Below are positions 40,801-56,736 of a DNA stretch of 64,000 nucleotides, piece after piece. Numbering within the stretch: position 1 is the stretch's first letter; every line of letters starts with the position of its first letter. The stretch spans positions 17,360,001 through 17,424,000 of the forward strand of contig OZ059898.1 of NCBI GenBank assembly GCA_964057225.1. Reading direction: 5' to 3'. Source of the DNA: Auanema rhodensis. Lineage: Eukaryota; Animalia; Nematoda. Both the position numbers and the translations under genes were made by a program. Below the pieces are notes generated by a model. The model made no database searches and was not told the DNA's origin. It was given only the letters and a program-made list of their open reading frames with translations.

Positions 40801-43800
40801 GGAAACTCAACATACACTAATGCATCATTTTTCAAACAATCATAACTAATTTTTGTATTAAGCGTTTCTCAATGTAGTATAGTGCATTTGATGCGGATTT
40901 TTAAGCTGCGTCGATCTGTGTTATCAGATTTGCGCTAGCTTAAAAATGCACCGAGATATCAACTGATATAAGTTCACACTTATATCCTCGATTTTCACCC
41001 TGAAGAATTAATTTTTTCGTTGAATAACATTGTCCATCGTCTTTGCCTTGAAAAAAGGAATCTAAAAACATTTACTTTTTGCTAAATTATTCTGAAATTT
41101 TTCGAAAAAATTTCTGTCAAAATGTTTTTGGAAGCAATGTTGAGTGTACATGGAAACTCAACATACACTAATGCATCATTTTTCAAACGATCATAACTAA
41201 TTTTTGTATTAAGCGTTTTTCAATGTAGTATAGTGCATTCGATGCGGATTTTTAAGCTGCGTCGATCTGTGTTATCAGATTTGCGCTAGCTTAAAAATGC
41301 ACCGAGATATCAACTGATATAAGTTCACACTTATATCCTCGATTTTCACCCTGAAGAATTGATTTTTTCGTTGAATAACATTGTCCATCGTCTTTGCCTT
41401 GAAAAAAGGAATCTAAAAACATTTACTTTTTGCTAAATTATTCTGAAATTTTTCGAAAAAATTTTTGTCAAAATGTTTTTGGAAGCAATGTTGAGTGTAC
41501 ATGGAAACTCAACATACACTAATGCATCATTTTTCAAACGATCATAACTAATTTTTGTATTAAGCGTTTCTCAATGTAGTAAAGTGCATTTGATGCGGAT
41601 TTTTAAGCTGCGTCGATCTGTGTTATCAGATTTGCGCTAGCTTAAAAATGCACCGAGATATCAACTGATATAAGTTCACACTTATATCCTCGATTTTCAC
41701 CCTGAAGAATTAATTTTTTCGTTGAATAACATTGTCCATCGTCTTTGCCTTGAAAAAAGGAATCTAAAAACATTTACTTTTTGCTAAATTATTCTGAAAT
41801 TTTTCGAAAAAATTTTTGTCAAAATGTTTTTGGAAGCAATGTTGAGTGTACATGGAAACTCAACATACACTAATGCACCATTTTTCAAACGATCATAACT
41901 AATTTTTGTATTAAGCGTTTCTCAATGTAGTATAATGCATTCGATGCGGATTTTTAAGCTGCGTCGATCTGTGTTATCAGATTTGCGCTAGCTTAAAAAT
42001 GCACCGAGATATCAACTGATATAAGTTCACACTTATATCCTCGATTTTCACCCTGAAGAATTGATTTTTTCGTTGAATAACATTGTCCATCGTCTTTGCC
42101 TTGAAAAAAGGAATCTAAAAACATTTACTTTTTGCTAAATTATTCTGAAATTTTTCGAAAAAATTTTTGTCAAAATGTTTTTGGAAGCAATGTTGAGTGT
42201 ACATGGAAACTCAACATACACTAATGCATCATTTTTCAAACGATCATAACTAATTTTTGTATTAAGCGTTTCTCAATGTAGTATAGTGCATTTGATGCGG
42301 ATTTTTAAGCTGCGTCGATCTGTGTTATCAGATTTGCGCTAGCTTAAAAATGCACCGAGATATCAACTGATATAAGTTCACACTTATATCCTCGATTTTC
42401 ACCCTGAAGAATTGATTTTTTCGTTGAATAACATTGTCCATCGTCTTTGCCTTGAAAAAAGGAATCTAAAAACAATTACTTTTTGCTAAATTATTCTGAA
42501 ATTTTTCGAAAAAATTTTTGTCAAAATGTTTTTGGAAGCAATGTTGAGTGTACATGGAAACTCAACATACACTAATGCATCATTTTTCAAACGATCATAA
42601 CTAATTTTTGTATTAAGCGTTTCTCAATGTAGTATAGTGCATTCGATGCGGATTTTTAAGCTGCGTCGATCTGTGTTATCAGATTTGCGCTAGCTTAAAA
42701 ATGCACCGAGATATCAACTGATATAAGTTCACACTTATATCCTCGATTTTCACCCTGAAGAATTAATTTTTTCGTTGAATAACATTGTCCATCGTCTTTG
42801 CCTTGAAAAAAGGAATCTAAAAACATCTACTTTTTGCTAAATTATTTTGAAATTTTTCGAAAAAATTTTTGTCAAAATGTTTTTGGAAGCAATGTTGAGT
42901 GAACATGGAAACTCAACATACACTAATGCATCATTTTTCAAACAATCATAACTAATTTTTGTATTAAGCGTTTCTCAATGTAGTATAATGCATTTGATGC
43001 GGATTTTTAAGCTGCGTCGATCTGTGTTATCAGATTTGCGCTAGCTTAAAAATGCACCGAGATATCAACTGATATAAGTTCACACTTATATCCTCGATTT
43101 TCACCCTGAAGAATTGATTTTTTCGTTGAATAACATTGTCCATCGTCTTTGCCTTGAAAAAAGGAATCTAAAAACAATTACTTTTTGCTAAATTATTCTG
43201 AAATTTTTCGAAAAAATTTTTGTCAAAATGTTTTTGGAAGCAATGTTGAGTGTACATGGAAACTCAACATACACTAATGCATCATTTTTCAAACGATCAT
43301 AACTAATTTTTGTATTAAGCGTTTCTCAATGTAGTATAGTGCATTTGATGCGGATTTTCAAGCTGCGTCGATCTGTGTTATCAGATTTGCGCTAGCTTAA
43401 AAATGCACCGAGATATCAACTGATATAAGTTCACACTTATATCCTCGATTTTCACCCTGAAGAAACAATTTTTTCGTTGAATAACATTGTCCATCGTCTT
43501 TGCCTTGAGAAAAGGAATCTAAAAACATCTACTTTTTGCTAAATTATTTTGAAGTTTTTCGAAAAAATTTTTGTCAAAATGTTTTTGGAAGCAATGTTGA
43601 GTGTACATGGAAACTCAACATACACTAATGCATCATTTTTCAAACGATCATAACTAATTTTTGTATTAAGCGTTTCTCAATGTAGTATAGTGCATTCGAT
43701 GCGGATTTTTAAGCTGCGTCGATCTGTGTTATCAGATTTGCGCTAGCTTAAAAATGCACCGAGATATCAACTGATATAAGTTCACACTTATATCCTCGAT

Positions 43801-43847
43801 TTTCACCCTGAAGAATTAATTTTTTCGTTGAATAACATTGTCCATCG

Positions 43848-46800
43848 TCTTTGCCTTGAAAAAAGGAATCTAAAAACATTTACTTTTTGCTAAATTATTC
43901 TGAAATTTTTCGAAAAAATTTTTGTCAAAATGTTTTTGGAAGCAATGTTGAGTGTACATGGAAACTCAACATACACTAATGCACCATTTTTCAAACGATC
44001 ATAACTAATTTTTGTATTAAGCGTTTCTCAATGTAGTATAATGCATTCGATGCGGATTTTTAAGCTGCGTCGATCTGTGTTATCAGATTTGCGCTAGCTT
44101 AAAAATGCACCGAGATATCAACTGATATAAGTTCACACTTATATCCTCGATTTTCACCCTGAAGAATTAATTTTTTCGTTGAATAACATTGTCCATCGTC
44201 TTTGCCTTGAAAAAAGGAATCTAAAAACATTTACTTTTTGCTAAATTATTCTGAAATTTTTCGAAAAAATTTTTGTCAAAATGTTTTTGGAAGCAATGTT
44301 GAGTGTACATGGAAACTCAACATACACTAATGCACCATTTTTCAAACGATCATAACTAATTTTTGTATCAAGCGTTTCTCAATGTAGTATAGTGCATTCG
44401 ATGCGGATTTTTAAGCTGCGTCGATCTGTGTTATCAGATTTGCGCTAGCTTAAAAATGCACCGAGATATCAACTGATATAAGTTCACACTTATATCCTCG
44501 ATTTTCACCCTGAAGAAATAATTTTTTCGTTGAATAACATTGTCCATCGTCTTTGCCTTGAGAAAAGAAATCTAAAAACATCTACTTTTTGCTAAATTAT
44601 TTTGAAGTTTTTCGAAAAAATTTTTGTCAAAATGTTTTTGGAAGCAATGTTGAGTGTACATGGAAACTCAACATACACTAATGCATCATTTTTCAAACGA
44701 TCATAACTAATTTTTGTATTAAGCGTTTCTCAATGTAGTATAGTGCATTCGATGCGGATTTTTAAGCTGCGTCGATCTGTGTTATCAGATTTGCGCTAGC
44801 TTAAAAATGCACCGAGATATCAACTGATATAAGTTCACACTTATATCCTCGATTTTCACCCTGAAGAATTAATTTTTTCGTTGAATAACATTGTCCATCG
44901 TCTTTGCCTTGAAAAAAGGAATCTAAAAACATCTACTTTTTGCTAAATTATTTTGAAATTTTTCGAAAAAATTTTTGTCAAAATGTTTTTGGAAGCAATG
45001 TTGAGTGAACATGGAAACTCAACATACACTAATGCATCATTTTTCAAACAATCATAACTAATTTTTGTATAAAGCGTTTCTCAATGTAGTATAGTGCATT
45101 TGATGCGGATTTTTAAGCTGCGTCGATCTGTGTTATCAGATTTGCGCTAGCTTAAAAATGCACCGAGATATCAACTGATATAAGTTCACACTTATATCCT
45201 CGATTTTCACCCTGAAGAATTAATTTTTTCGTTGAATAACATTGTCCATCGTCTTTGCCTTGAAAAAAGGAATCTAAAAACATTTACTTTTTGCTAAATT
45301 ATTCTGAAATTTTTCGAAAAAATTTCTGTCAAAATGTTTTTGGAAGCAATCTTGAGTGTACATGGAAACTCAACATACACTAATGCATCATTTTTCAAAC
45401 GATCATAACTAATTTTTGTATTAAGCGTTTCTCAATGTAGTATAGTGCATTCGATGCGGATTTTTAAGCTGCGTCGATCTGTGTTATCAGATTTGCGCTA
45501 GCTTAAAAATGCACCGAGATATCAACTGATATAAGTTCACACTTATATCCTCGATTTTCACCCTGAAGAATTGATTTTTTCGTTGAATAACATTGTCCAT
45601 CGTCTTTGCCTTGAAAAAAGGAATCTAAAAACATTTACTTTTTGCTAAATTATTCTGAAATTTTTCGAAAAAATTTTTGTCAAAATGTTTTTGGAAGCAA
45701 TGTTGAGTGTACATGGAAACTCAACATACACTAATGCATCATTTTTCAAACGATCATAACTAATTTTTGTATTAAGCGTTTCTCAATGTAGTATAGTGCA
45801 TTTGATGCGGATTTTTAAGCTGCGTCGATCTGTGTTATCAGATTTGCGCTAGCTTAAAAATGCACCGAGATATCAACTGATATAAGTTCACACTTATATC
45901 CTCGATTTTCACCCTGAAGAATTGATTTTTTCGTTGAATAACATTGTCCATCGTCTTTGCCTTGAAAAAAGGAATCTAAAAACAATTACTTTTTGCTAAA
46001 TTATTCTGAAATTTTTCGAAAAAATTTTTGTCAAAATGTTTTTGGAAGCAATGTTGAGTGTACATGGAAACTCAACATACACTAATGCATCATTTTTCAA
46101 ACGATCATAACTAATTTTTGTATTAAGCGTTTCTCAATGTAGTATAGTGCATTCGATGCGGATTTTTAAGCCGCGTCGATCTGTGTTATCAGATTTGCGC
46201 TAGCTTAAAAATGCACCGAGATATCAACTGATATAAGTTCACACTTATATCCTCGATTTTCACCCTGAAGAATTAATTTTTTCGTTGAATAACATTGTCC
46301 ATCGTCTTTGCCTTGAAAAAAGGAATCTAAAAACATTTACTTTTTGCTAAATTATTCTGAAATTTTTCGAAAAAATTTTTGTCAAAATGTTTTTGGAAGC
46401 AATGTTGAGTGTACATGGAAACTCAACATACACTAATGCACCATTTTTCAAACGATCATAACTAATTTTTGTATTAAGCGTTTCTCAATGTAGTATAATG
46501 CATTCGATGCGGATTTTTAAGCTGCGTCGATCTGTGTTATCAGATTTGCGCTAGCTTAAAAATGCACCGAGATATCAACTGATATAAGTTCACACTTATA
46601 TCCTCGATTTTCACCCTGAAGAATTAATTTTTTCGTTGAATAACATTGTCCATCGTCTTTGCCTTGAAAAAAGGAATCTAAAAACATTTACTTTTTGCTA
46701 AATTATTCTGAAATTTTTCGAAAAAATTTTTGTCAAAATGTTTTTGGAAGCAATGTTGAGTGTACATGGAAACTCAACATACACTAATGCACCATTTTTC

Positions 46801-48761
46801 AAACGATCATAACTAATTTTTGTATCAAGCGTTTCTCAATGTAGTATAGTGCATTCGATGCGGATTTTTAAGCTGCGTCGATCTGTGTTATCAGATTTGC
46901 GCTAGCTTAAAAATGCACCGAGATATCAACTGATATAAGTTCACACTTATATCCTCGATTTTCACCCTGAAGAAATAATTTTTTCGTTGAATAACATTGT
47001 CCATCGTCTTTGCCTTGAGAAAAGAAATCTAAAAACATCTACTTTTTGCTAAATTATTTTGAAGTTTTTCGAAAAAATTTTTGTCAAAATGTTTTTGGAA
47101 GCAATGTTGAGTGTACATGGAAACTCAACATACACTAATGCATCATTTTTCAAACGATCATAACTAATTTTTGTATTAAGCGTTTCTCAATGTAGTATAG
47201 TGCATTCGATGCGGATTTTTAAGCTGCGTCGATCTGTGTTATCAGATTTGCGCTAGCTTAAAAATGCACCGAGATATCAACTGATATAAGTTCACACTTA
47301 TATCCTCGATTTTCACCCTGAAGAATTAATTTTTTCGTTGAATAACATTGTCCATCGTCTTTGCCTTGAAAAAAGGAATCTAAAAACATCTACTTTTTGC
47401 TAAATTATTTTGAAATTTTTCGAAAAAATTTTTGTCAAAATGTTTTTGGAAGCAATGTTGAGTGAACATGGAAACTCAACATACACTAATGCATCATTTT
47501 TCAAACAATCATAACTAATTTTTGTATTAAGCGTTTCTCAATGTAGTATAGTGCATTCGATGCGGATTTTTAAGCTGCGTCGATCTGTGTTATCAGATTT
47601 GCGCTAGCTTAAAAATGCACCGAGATATCAACTGATATAAGTTCACACTTATATCCTCGATTTTCACCCTGAAGAATTAATTTTTTCGTTGAATAACATT
47701 GTCCATCGTCTTTGCCTTGAAAAAAGGAATCTAAAAACATTTACTTTTTGCTAAATTATTCTGAAATTTTTCGAAAAAATTTCTGTCAAAATGTTTTTGG
47801 AAGCAATCTTGAGTGTACATGGAAACTCAACATACACTAATGCATCATTTTTCAAACGATCATAACTAATTTTTGTATTAAGCGTTTCTCAATGTAGTAT
47901 AGTGCATTCGATGCGGATTTTTAAGCTGCGTCGATCTGTGTTATCAGATTTGCGCTAGCTTAAAAATGCACCGAGATATCAACTGATATAAGTTCACACT
48001 TATATCCTCGATTTTCACCCTGAAGAATTGATTTTTTCGTTGAATAACATTGTCCATCGTCTTTGCCTTGAAAAAAGGAATCTAAAAACATTTACTTTTT
48101 GCTAAATTATTCTGAAATTTTTCGAAAAAATTTTTGTCAAAATGTTTTTGGAAGCAATGTTGAGTGTACATGGAAACTCAACATACACTAATGCATCATT
48201 TTTCAAACGATCATAACTAATTTTTGTATTAAGCGTTTCTCAATGTAGTATAGTGCATTTGATGCGGATTTTTAAGCTGCGTCGATCTGTGTTATCAGAT
48301 TTGCGCTAGCTTAAAAATGCACCGAGATATCAACTGATATAAGTTCACACTTATATCCTCGATTTTCACCCTGAAGAATTGATTTTTTCGTTGAATAACA
48401 TTGTCCATCGTCTTTGCCTTGAAAAAAGGAATCTAAAAACAATTACTTTTTGCTAAATTATTCTGAAATTTTTCGAAAAAATTTTTGTCAAAATGTTTTT
48501 GGAAGCAATGTTGAGTGTACATGGAAACTCAACATACACTAATGCATCATTTTTCAAACGATCATAACTAATTTTTGTATTAAGCGTTTCTCAATGTAGT
48601 ATAGTGCATTTGATGCGGATTTTCAAGCTGCGTCGATCTGTGTTATCAGATTTGCGCTAGCTTAAAAATGCACCGAGATATCAACTGATATAAGTTCACA
48701 CTTATATCCTCGATTTTCACCCTGAAGAAACAATTTTTTCGTTGAATAACATTGTCCATCG
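43848..48761. repeat. Heptameric higher-order duplication, 2 x 2457 bp
   Basis: The rare GAGAAAAGAA allele is in the monomers at 44550 and 47007 (+2457), and flanking haplotypes (TATAAT, ATCAAG, GTGAAC, AATCTT, ACAATT) occur in the same order. Confidence 0.8.
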
Positions 48762-51700
48762 TCTTTGCCTTGAGAAAAGGAATCTAAAAACATCTACTTT
48801 TTGCTAAATTATTTTGAAGTTTTTCGAAAAAATTTTTGTCAAAATGTTTTTGGAAGCAATGTTGAGTGTACATGGAAACTCAACATACACTAATGCATCA
48901 TTTTTCAAACGATCATAACTAATTTTTGTATTAAGCGTTTCTCAATGTAGTATAGTGCATTCGATGCGGATTTTTAAGCTGCGTCGATCTGTGTTATCAG
49001 ATTTGCGCTAGCTTAAAAATGCACCGAGATATCAACTGATATAAGTTCACACTTATATCCTCGATTTTCACCCTGAAGAATTAATTTTTTCGTTGAATAA
49101 CATTGTCCATCGTCTTTGCCTTGAAAAAAGGAATCTAAAAACATTTACTTTTTGCTAAATTATTCTGAAATTTTTCGAAAAAATTTTTGTCAAAATGTTT
49201 TTGGAAGCAATGTTGAGTGTACATGGAAACTCAACATACACTAATGCACCATTTTTCAAACGATCATAACTAATTTTTGTATTAAGCGTTTCTCAATGTA
49301 GTATAATGCATTCGATGCGGATTTTTAAGCTGCGTCGATCTGTGTTATCAGATTTGCGCTAGCTTAAAAATGCACCGAGATATCAACTGATATAAGTTCA
49401 CACTTATATCCTCGATTTTCACCCTGAAGAATTAATTTTTTCGTTGAATAACATTGTCCATCGTCTTTGCCTTGAAAAAAGGAATCTAAAAACATTTACT
49501 TTTTGCTAAATTATTCTGAAATTTTTCGAAAAAATTTTTGTCAAAATGTTTTTGGAAGCAATGTTGAGTGTACATGGAAACTCAACATACACTAATGCAC
49601 CATTTTTCAAACGATCATAACTAATTTTTGTATCAAGCGTTTCTCAATGTAGTATAGTGCATTCGATGCGGATTTTTAAGCTGCGTCGATCTGTGTTATC
49701 AGATTTGCGCTAGCTTAAAAATGCACCGAGATATCAACTGATATAAGTTCACACTTATATCCTCGATTTTCACCCTGAAGAAATAATTTTTTCGTTGAAT
49801 AACATTGTCCATCGTCTTTGCCTTGAGAAAAGGAATCTAAAAACATCTACTTTTTGCTAAATTATTTTGAAGTTTTTCGAAAAAATTTTTGTCAAAATGT
49901 TTTTGGAAGCAATGTTGAGTGTACATGGAAACTCAACATACACTAATGCATCATTTTTCAAACGATCATAACTAATTTTTGTATTAAGCGTTTCTCAATG
50001 TAGTATAGTGCATTCGATGCGGATTTTTAAGCTGCGTCGATCTGTGTTATCAGATTTGCGCTAGCTTAAAAATGCACCGAGATATCAACTGATATAAGTT
50101 CACACTTATATCCTCGATTTTCACCCTGAAGAATTGATTTTTTCGTTGAATAACATTGTCCATCGTCTTTGCCTTGAAAAAAGGAATCTAAAAACATTTA
50201 CTTTTTGCTAAATTATTCTGAAATTTTTCGAAAAAATTTTTGTCAAAATGTTTTTGGAAGCAATGTTGAGTGTACATGGAAACTCAACATACACTAATGC
50301 ATCATTTTTCAAACGATCATAACTAATTTTTGTATTAAGCGTTTCTCAATGTAGTATAGTGCATTTGATGCGGATTTTTAAGCTGCGTCGATCTGTGTTA
50401 TCAGATTTGCGCTAGCTTAAAAATGCACCGAGATATCAACTGATATAAGTTCACACTTATATCCTCGATTTTCACCCTGAAGAATTGATTTTTTCGTTGA
50501 ATAACATTGTCCATCGTCTTTGCCTTGAAAAAAGGAATCTAAAAACAATTACTTTTTGCTAAATTATTCTGAAATTTTTCGAAAAAATTTTTGTCAAAAT
50601 GTTTTTGGAAGCAATGTTGAGTGTACATGGAAACTCAACATACACTAATGCATCATTTTTCAAACGATCATAACTAATTTTTGTATTAAGCGTTTCTCAA
50701 TGTAGTATAGTGCATTTGATGCGGATTTTCAAGCTGCGTCGATCTGTGTTATCAGATTTGCGCTAGCTTAAAAATGCACCGAGATATCAACTGATATAAG
50801 TTCACACTTATATCCTCGATTTTCACCCTGAAGAAACAATTTTTTCGTTGAATAACATTGTCCATCGTCTTTGCCTTGAGAAAAGGAATCTAAAAACATC
50901 TACTTTTTGCTAAATTATTTTGAAGTTTTTCGAAAAAATTTTTGTCAAAATGTTTTTGGAAGCAATGTTGAGTGTACATGGAAACTCAACATACACTAAT
51001 GCATCATTTTTCAAACGATCATAACTAATTTTTGTATTAAGCGTTTCTCAATGTAGTATAGTGCATTCGATGCGGATTTTTAAGCTGCGTCGATCTGTGT
51101 TATCAGATTTGCGCTAGCTTAAAAATGCACCGAGATATCAACTGATATAAGTTCACACTTATATCCTCGATTTTCACCCTGAAGAATTAATTTTTTCGTT
51201 GAATAACATTGTCCATCGTCTTTGCCTTGAAAAAAGGAATCTAAAAACATTTACTTTTTGCTAAATTATTCTGAAATTTTTCGAAAAAATTTTTGTCAAA
51301 ATGTTTTTGGAAGCAATGTTGAGTGTACATGGAAACTCAACATACACTAATGCACCATTTTTCAAACGATCATAACTAATTTTTGTATTAAGCGTTTCTC
51401 AATGTAGTATAATGCATTCGATGCGGATTTTTAAGCTGCGTCGATCTGTGTTATCAGATTTGCGCTAGCTTAAAAATGCACCGAGATATCAACTGATATA
51501 AGTTCACACTTATATCCTCGATTTTCACCCTGAAGAATTAATTTTTTCGTTGAATAACATTGTCCATCGTCTTTGCCTTGAAAAAAGGAATCTAAAAACA
51601 TTTACTTTTTGCTAAATTATTCTGAAATTTTTCGAAAAAATTTTTGTCAAAATGTTTTTGGAAGCAATGTTGAGTGTACATGGAAACTCAACATACACTA

Positions 51701-53324
51701 ATGCACCATTTTTCAAACGATCATAACTAATTTTTGTATCAAGCGTTTCTCAATGTAGTATAGTGCATTCGATGCGGATTTTTAAGCTGCGTCGATCTGT
51801 GTTATCAGATTTGCGCTAGCTTAAAAATGCACCGAGATATCAACTGATATAAGTTCACACTTATATCCTCGATTTTCACCCTGAAGAAATAATTTTTTCG
51901 TTGAATAACATTGTCCATCGTCTTTGCCTTGAGAAAAGGAATCTAAAAACATCTACTTTTTGCTAAATTATTTTGAAGTTTTTCGAAAAAATTTTTGTCA
52001 AAATGTTTTTGGAAGCAATGTTGAGTGTACATGGAAACTCAACATACACTAATGCATCATTTTTCAAACGATCATAACTAATTTTTGTATTAAGCGTTTC
52101 TCAATGTAGTATAGTGCATTTGATGCGGATTTTCAAGCTGCGTCGATCTGTGTTATCAGATTTGCGCTAGCTTAAAAATGCACCGAGATATCAACTGATA
52201 TAAGTTCACACTTATATCCTCGATTTTCACCCTGAAGAAACAATTTTTTCGTTGAATAACATTGTCCATCGTCTTTGCCTTGAGAAAAGGAATCTAAAAA
52301 CATCTACTTTTTGCTAAATTATTTTGAAGTTTTTCGAAAAAATTTTTGTCAAAATGTTTTTGGAAGCAATGTTGAGTGTACATGGAAACTCAACATACAC
52401 TAATGCATCATTTTTCAAACGATCATAACTAATTTTTGTATTAAGCGTTTCTCAATGTAGTATAGTGCATTCGATGCGGATTTTTAAGCTGCGTCGATCT
52501 GTGTTATCAGATTTGCGCTAGCTTAAAAATGCACCGAGATATCAACTGATATAAGTTCACACTTATATCCTCGATTTTCACCCTGAAGAATTAATTTTTT
52601 CGTTGAATAACATTGTCCATCGTCTTTGCCTTAAAAAAAGGAATCTAAAAACATTTACTTTTTGCTAAATTATTCTGAAATTTTTCGAAAAAATTTTTGT
52701 CAAAATGTTTTTGGAAGCAATGTTGAGTGTACATGGAAACTCAACATACACTAATGCACCATTTTTCAAACGATCATAACTAATTTTTGTATTAAGCGTT
52801 TCTCAATGTAGTATAATGCATTCGATGCGGATTTTTAAGCTGCGTCGATCTGTGTTATCAGATTTGCGCTAGCTTAAAAATGCACCGAGATATCAACTGA
52901 TATAAGTTCACACTTATATCCTCGATTTTCACCCTGAAGAATTAATTTTTTCGTTGAATAACATTGTCCATCGTCTTTGCCTTGAAAAAAGGAATCTAAA
53001 AACATTTACTTTTTGCTAAATTATTCTGAAATTTTTCGAAAAAATTTTTGTCAAAATGTTTTTGGAAGCAATGTTGAGTGTACATGGAAACTCAACATAC
53101 ACTAATGCATCATTTTTCAAACGATCATAACTAATTTTTGTATTAAGCGTTTCTCAATGTAGTATAGTGCATTCGATGCGGATTTTTAAGCTGCGTCGAT
53201 CTGTGTTATCAGATTTGCGCTAGCTTAAAAATGCACCGAGATATCAACTGATATAAGTTCACACTTATATCCTCGATTTTCACCCTGAAGAATTAATTTT
53301 TTCGTTGAATAACATTGTCCATCG

Positions 53325-55332
53325 TCTTTGCCTTGAAAAAAGGAATCTAAAAACATTTACTTTTTGCTAAATTATTCTGAAATTTTTCGAAAAAATTTTT
53401 GTCAAAATGTTTTTGGAAGCAATGTTGAGTGTACATGGAAACTCAACATACACTAATGCACCATTTTTCAAACGATCATAACTAATTTTTGTATTAAGCG
53501 TTTCTCAATGTAGTATAATGCATTCGATGCGGATTTTTAAGCTGCGTCGATCTGTGTTATCAGATTTGCGCTAGCTTAAAAATGCACCGAGATATCAACT
53601 GATATAAGTTCACACTTATATCCTCGATTTTCACCCTGAAGAATTAATTTTTTCGTTGAATAACATTGTCCATCGTCTTTGCCTTGAAAAAAGGAATCTA
53701 AAAACATTTACTTTTTGCTAAATTATTCTGAAATTTTTCGAAAAAATTTTTGTCAAAATGTTTTTGGAAGCAATGTTGAGTGTACATGGAAACTCAACAT
53801 ACACTAATGCACCATTTTTCAAACGATCATAACTAATTATTGTATCAAGCGTTTCTCAATGTAGTATAGTGCATTCGATGCGGATTTTTAAGCTGCGTCG
53901 ATCTGTGTTATCAGATTTGCGCTAGCTTAAAAATGCACCGAGATATCAACTGATATAAGTTCACACTTATATCCTCGATTTTCACCCTGAAGAATTAATT
54001 TTTTCGTTGAATAACATTGTCCATCGTCTTTGCCTTGAAAAAAGGAATCTAAAAACATCTACTTTTTGCTAAATTATTTTGAAATTTTTGGAAACTCAAC
54101 ATACACTAATGCATCATTTTTCAAACAATCATAACTAATTTTTGTATTAAGCGTTTCTCAATGTAGTATAGTGCATTCGATGCGGATTTTTAAGCTGCGT
54201 CGATCTGTGTTATCAGATTTGCGCTAGCTTAAAAATGCACCGAGATATCAACTGATATAAGTTCACACTTATATCCTCGATTTTCACCCTGAAGAATTAA
54301 TTTTTTCGTTGAATAACATTGTCCATCGTCTTTGCCTTGAAAAAAGGAATCTAAAAACATTTACTTTTTGCTAAATTATTCTGAAATTTTTCGAAAAAAT
54401 TTTTGTCAAAATGTTTTTGGAAGCAATGTTGAGTGTACATGGAAACTCAACATACACTAATGCACCATTTTTCAAACGATCATAACTAATTTTTGTATTA
54501 AGCGTTTCTCAATGTAGTATAATGCATTCGATGCGGATTTTTAAGCTGCGTCGATCTGTGTTATCAGATTTGCGCTAGCTTAAAAATGCACCGAGATATC
54601 AACTGATATAAGTTCACACTTATATCCTCGATTTTCACCCTGAAGAATTAATTTTTTCGTTGAATAACATTGTCCATCGTCTTTGCCTTGAAAAAAGGAA
54701 TCTAAAAACATTTACTTTTTGCTAAATTATTCTGAAATTTTTCGAAAAAATTTTTGTCAAAATGTTTTTGGAAGCAATGTTGAGTGTACATGGAAACTCA
54801 ACATACACTAATGCACCATTTTTCAAACGATCATAACTAATTATTGTATCAAGCGTTTCTCAATGTAGTATAGTGCATTCGATGCGGATTTTTAAGCTGC
54901 GTCGATCTGTGTTATCAGATTTGCGCTAGCTTAAAAATGCACCGAGATATCAACTGATATAAGTTCACACTTATATCCTCGATTTTCACCCTGAAGAATT
55001 AATTTTTTCGTTGAATAACATTGTCCATCGTCTTTGCCTTGAAAAAAGGAATCTAAAAACATCTACTTTTTGCTAAATTATTTTGAAATTTTTGGAAACT
55101 CAACATACACTAATGCATCATTTTTCAAACAATCATAACTAATTTTTGTATTAAGCGTTTCTCAATGTAGTATAGTGCATTCGATGCGGATTTTTAAGCT
55201 GCGTCGATCTGTGTTATCAGATTTGCGCTAGCTTAAAAATGCACCGAGATATCAACTGATATAAGTTCACACTTATATCCTCGATTTTCACCCTGAAGAA
55301 TTAATTTTTTCGTTGAATAACATTGTCCATCG
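53325..55332. repeat. Trimeric duplication 2 x 1004 bp containing 302-bp variant monomers (54027-54328, 55031-55332)
   Basis: Deletion junctions at 54089/54090 and 55093/55094; the rare TAATTATTG allele is in both preceding monomers. Confidence 0.92.
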
Positions 55333-56736
55333 TCTTTGCCTTGAAAAAAGGAATCTAAAAACATCTACTTTTTGCTAAATTATTTTGAAATTTTTCGAAA
55401 AAATTTTTGTCAAAATGTTTTTGGAAGCAATGTTGAGTGAACATGGAAACTCAACATACACTAATGCATCATTTTTCAAACAATCATAACTAATTTTTGT
55501 ATTAAGCGTTTCTCAATGTAGTATAGTGCATTCGATGCGGATTTTTAAGCTGCGTCGATCTGTGTTATCAGATTTGCGCTAGCTTAAAAATGCACCGAGA
55601 TATCAACTGATATAAGTTCACACTTATATCCTCGATTTTCACCCTGAAGAAATAATTTTTTCGTTGAATAACATTGTCCATCGTCTTTGCCTTGAGAAAA
55701 GGAATCTAAAAACATCTACTTTTTGCTAAATTATTTTGAAGTTTTTCGAAAAAATTTTTGTCAAAATGTTTTTGGAAGCAATGTTGAGTGTACATGGAAA
55801 CTCAACATACACTAATGCATCATTTTTCAAACGATCATAACTAATTTTTGTATTAAGCGTTTCTCAATGTAGTATAGTGCATTCGATGCGGATTTTTAAG
55901 CTGCGTCGATCTGTGTTATCAGATTTGCGCTAGCTTAAAAATGCACCGAGATATCAACTGATATAAGTTCACACTTATATCCTCGATTTTCACCCTGAAG
56001 AATTAATTTTTTCGTTGAATAACATTGTCCATCGTCTTTGCCTTGAAAAAAGGAATCTAAAAACATTTACTTTTTGCTAAATTATTCTGAAATTTTTCGA
56101 AAAAATTTTTGTCAAAATGTTTTTGGAAGCAATGTTGAGTGTACATGGAAACTCAACATACACTAATGCACCATTTTTCAAACGATCATAACTAATTTTT
56201 GTATTAAGCGTTTCTCAATGTAGTATAATGCATTCGATGCGGATTTTTAAGCTGCGTCGATCTGTGTTATCAGATTTGCGCTAGCTTAAAAATGCACCGA
56301 GATATCAACTGATATAAGTTCACACTTATATCCTCGATTTTCACCCTGAAGAATTAATTTTTTCGTTGAATAACATTGTCCATCGTCTTTGCCTTGAAAA
56401 AAGGAATCTAAAAACATTTACTTTTTGCTAAATTATTTTGAAATTTTTCGAAAAAATTTTTGTCAAAATGTTTTTGGAAGCAATGTTGAGTGTACATGGA
56501 AACTCAACATACACTAATGCACCATTTTTCAAACGATCATAACTAATTTTTGTATCAAGCGTTTCTCAATGTAGTATAGTGCATTCGATGCGGATTTTTA
56601 AGCTGCGTCGATCTGTGTTATCAGATTTGCGCTAGCTTAAAAATGCACCGAGATATCAACTGATATAAGTTCACACTTATATCCTCGATTTTCACCCTGA
56701 AGAATTAATTTTTTCGTTGAATAACATTGTCCATCG

